Part shown: positions 61,801 to 64,000 of the stretch, piece by piece
Layout: the number at the start of each line of letters is the position of its first letter
Numbering within the stretch: the stretch's first letter is position 1
Assembly: GCF_902652985.1 (NCBI RefSeq)
Contig: NC_047016.1
Location: 17,608,001 to 17,672,000, forward strand
Source of the DNA: Pecten maximus
Taxonomy: Eukaryota
Direction of reading: 5' to 3'
DNA length: 64,000 nt
Translations under genes and position numbers: made by a program
The notes under the pieces: model-generated
What the model was told of the DNA's origin: nothing
Seen by the model: the letters and a program-made list of their open reading frames with translations, nothing else
Databases searched by the model: none

Positions 61801-63685
61801 CCTTGCACTTGTGTTAGTATTATTGTTTAACTTATTATAGAGTTTATTAAAGTAATTACTTTTGGATTTACGAATAGCATTAACACATAGATTTCGGAGT
61901 TTTCTAAAATTAGCCCAATCGTCTTCATTTCCAGATCGTTTAGCTTTACGATGTAGGTATTTTCTTTTGCGTATCATTCTCCTTACCATGTTGGTTAACC
62001 ATGCAGGAGAATTATTTCTTACGGTTATAGTCTTGAATGGTATACATGTTTTGGCTGCACTGGGTATAATATCGGTAAATTGGTTTGTGCTTTTGTCAAT
62101 GTCAGCATAATCAAATATAGTGTCCCAGTCGATTTTAGAAAGTCTATCTTTATAATCATTATAGTCACCATGGTCGTATAGCCATATACTGCGTTTAAAA
62201 CATTTTTGGGTAGGTTTAGATATATTGATACTACCATAAATAGGACAGTGATATCTCAAAGGTTGGTCGAGCTTTCGCCAACATGACAAATGTTAACTAA
62301 TGGTGGATCGCTATCGCATACTATATCAAGGAGGGAGGAGGATGATTCAGTGATGAAGGTGGGGCTCGCGACGCTCTGCGTGAGATTTAAAGTAGTTTGT
62401 AAGTTACGAAGATGTGTGGAGCGGTTGTTATCGCTTAAGAGATTTGCATTGAAGTCGCCAGTTATTATAATATTGGAAATTCCAGTGTTAAATGCAAGTT
62501 CAATGGAATGGGCAATGTGATCCCAGCAAGAGACAGGGGCGTTTGGGGGTCTATAAAACGTTCCATATAAAGTAGGTTTTCCAGCTAAACTAAGTTCTAG
62601 CCATACACATTCAGTAGAGAGTAGTTCTAGATCGGGTCTACGTTTTGACGATAAGTTGTTACTGACATATACAGACACTCCCCCTCTTTGTCTATTTGGT
62701 CTACAGTAACAATAAGGAGAAGAGAACCCGGGAAAGTCGGAGTCTGAAGCAGTATCATCGGGAGTGAGCCAGGTTTCGGTAAACGATAAAATATCAAAAT
62801 TGTGTAGTTCGGTATTTATAGTATGTCGTATCTTTGCTTAATACTCTGTACGTTAAGGTGAACAAAAGTGTACATAGCTTCATTAAACAATGTTGTAAAA
62901 TTGGGACCCAGGATTACATTCAATATCGCCACAGAGAAGGAGCAGCAGCTTGATTAATAGAAAAGAGATACATAAGTTAGAAGAAGGAGATATAACATTC
63001 TTTACTACACTTAGAACATGTCTGAAACTGTAATAGAAGTAATGTTTCAGTTTATTTGCAACTCGTAGCGTGTGAATTAGGAATCGTAATACTTGTAACA
63101 TAACTAGTAGATATAAAATTGTCGATAATTACAGACCTGGTGATGTAAGTGGAAAAGCATGATGGGGAATAAGCGCGATTATAGAAAAGACCTATCCGGA
63201 CACAATACAAACTATGGCAAATAGGCATTCAGGTTACTGAGGATGGCCCTAAGAGAAGTATGAGTGTATTTAGTGTCTGGATAGGGATAAGAAATGTAGT
63301 AATCGGCACGATTAGTATTTATGAAGAATGCATAAACAGTTTCCGTGTTAGAAATGTGACAGGGGAGGTAATTATTGTGCAGGGAGAAGGTGGATACAGT
63401 TGGGAAGGAGGGTAAAATAATACGGAATACGTAAATGACGGAAATTGGTTCCATCATACGATTTGGAGAGGGGAGTTGCAGGTGCATGAGGGGGAATGAT
63501 ACATAATAAGATAATGTACGTTGTACATATAACTGTGCTAGGATATTACATTTACATTACTGGGTGGTTGAGCATTAATTTCCGAATTCTAGAGGTATGT
63601 ATGTCAAATTACAATCCATTTAGATTACCGCATAATTTAACTACAATGTATATTTCATTCAGTCAGTACTGAACGATATGCATAT
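58854..63685 (-). mobile_element. CR1/L2-group LINE (APE endonuclease + RT), rearranged and frameshifted
   Basis: 11-bp TSD gtttatacatt (58843-58853, 63686-63696). APE motifs HLNVQS, TETWL, YRPPN, GDFN. RT motifs QSGFR, CDISKAFDRVWH, VPQGSILGPLLF, FADDT, HLGITLS. C-terminal region at 59528-60019. Confidence 0.92.
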
Positions 63686-63696
63686 GTTTATACATT

Positions 63697-64000
63697 CATT
63701 AGAGGTCTAGGAGCAATTTTATGGAAAAATCATGCTGAAAAAAAAAGTTATTTTTTCGCATTTTACCATTTTGTGGACTTAGCTTTTTTAGCACCAAAAT
63801 CCACTTTAAAGTTTTTGGGATCAGTTTTTGGAAAGCTTCCAAGTCCAAAAGTATACACCTCACACCCTTCTAATTTGGTTTATACATTCATTAGAAGTCT
63901 AGAGGTGACGTTATAGCAAAATCATGCAGAAACAAATGTGATTTTTTTTTAGCATTTTACCATTTAGTGGACTTATTTTTTTTGGCACAAACACCCTCTT
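63697..64000 (+). mobile_element. Continuation of the HINE-like element (tandem units), runs off window
   Basis: cattagaggtctaggagc... units of the same type as 27050-27250. Confidence 0.75.

Overview
AT-rich, repeat-dense animal genomic DNA with spliced genes. The SINE and Helentron-type repeat content suggests a bivalve mollusc, possibly a scallop (inference). I assembled three intron-containing genes on the + strand by hand, and their phase-consistent GT-AG exons give uninterrupted reading frames. (1) A 9-exon mitochondrial long-chain acyl-CoA dehydrogenase, ACADL (16533-31397, 436 aa). (2) A 3-exon, 368-aa CDC123/D123-like (R2K-clade) ATP-grasp protein with an N-terminal WH2-like actin-binding motif (36663-38789). 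(3) A ninjurin (44926-47556, ~179 aa). The rest is a nested TE landscape: a decayed hAT transposase, a Gypsy integrase remnant, a rearranged CR1/L2-group LINE with a 2A-like stop-go motif, MetaSINE-like and V-SINE-like elements, many HINE-type elements, mariner/EnSpm/foldback MITEs and several minisatellites. The best candidate for an undescribed system is the WH2 + ATP-grasp fusion, a possible actin-targeted ligase. Second is a pseudoknot-forming 5' module on the MetaSINE-like element, a possible self-cleaving RNA. No prokaryotic features or CRISPR arrays are present.
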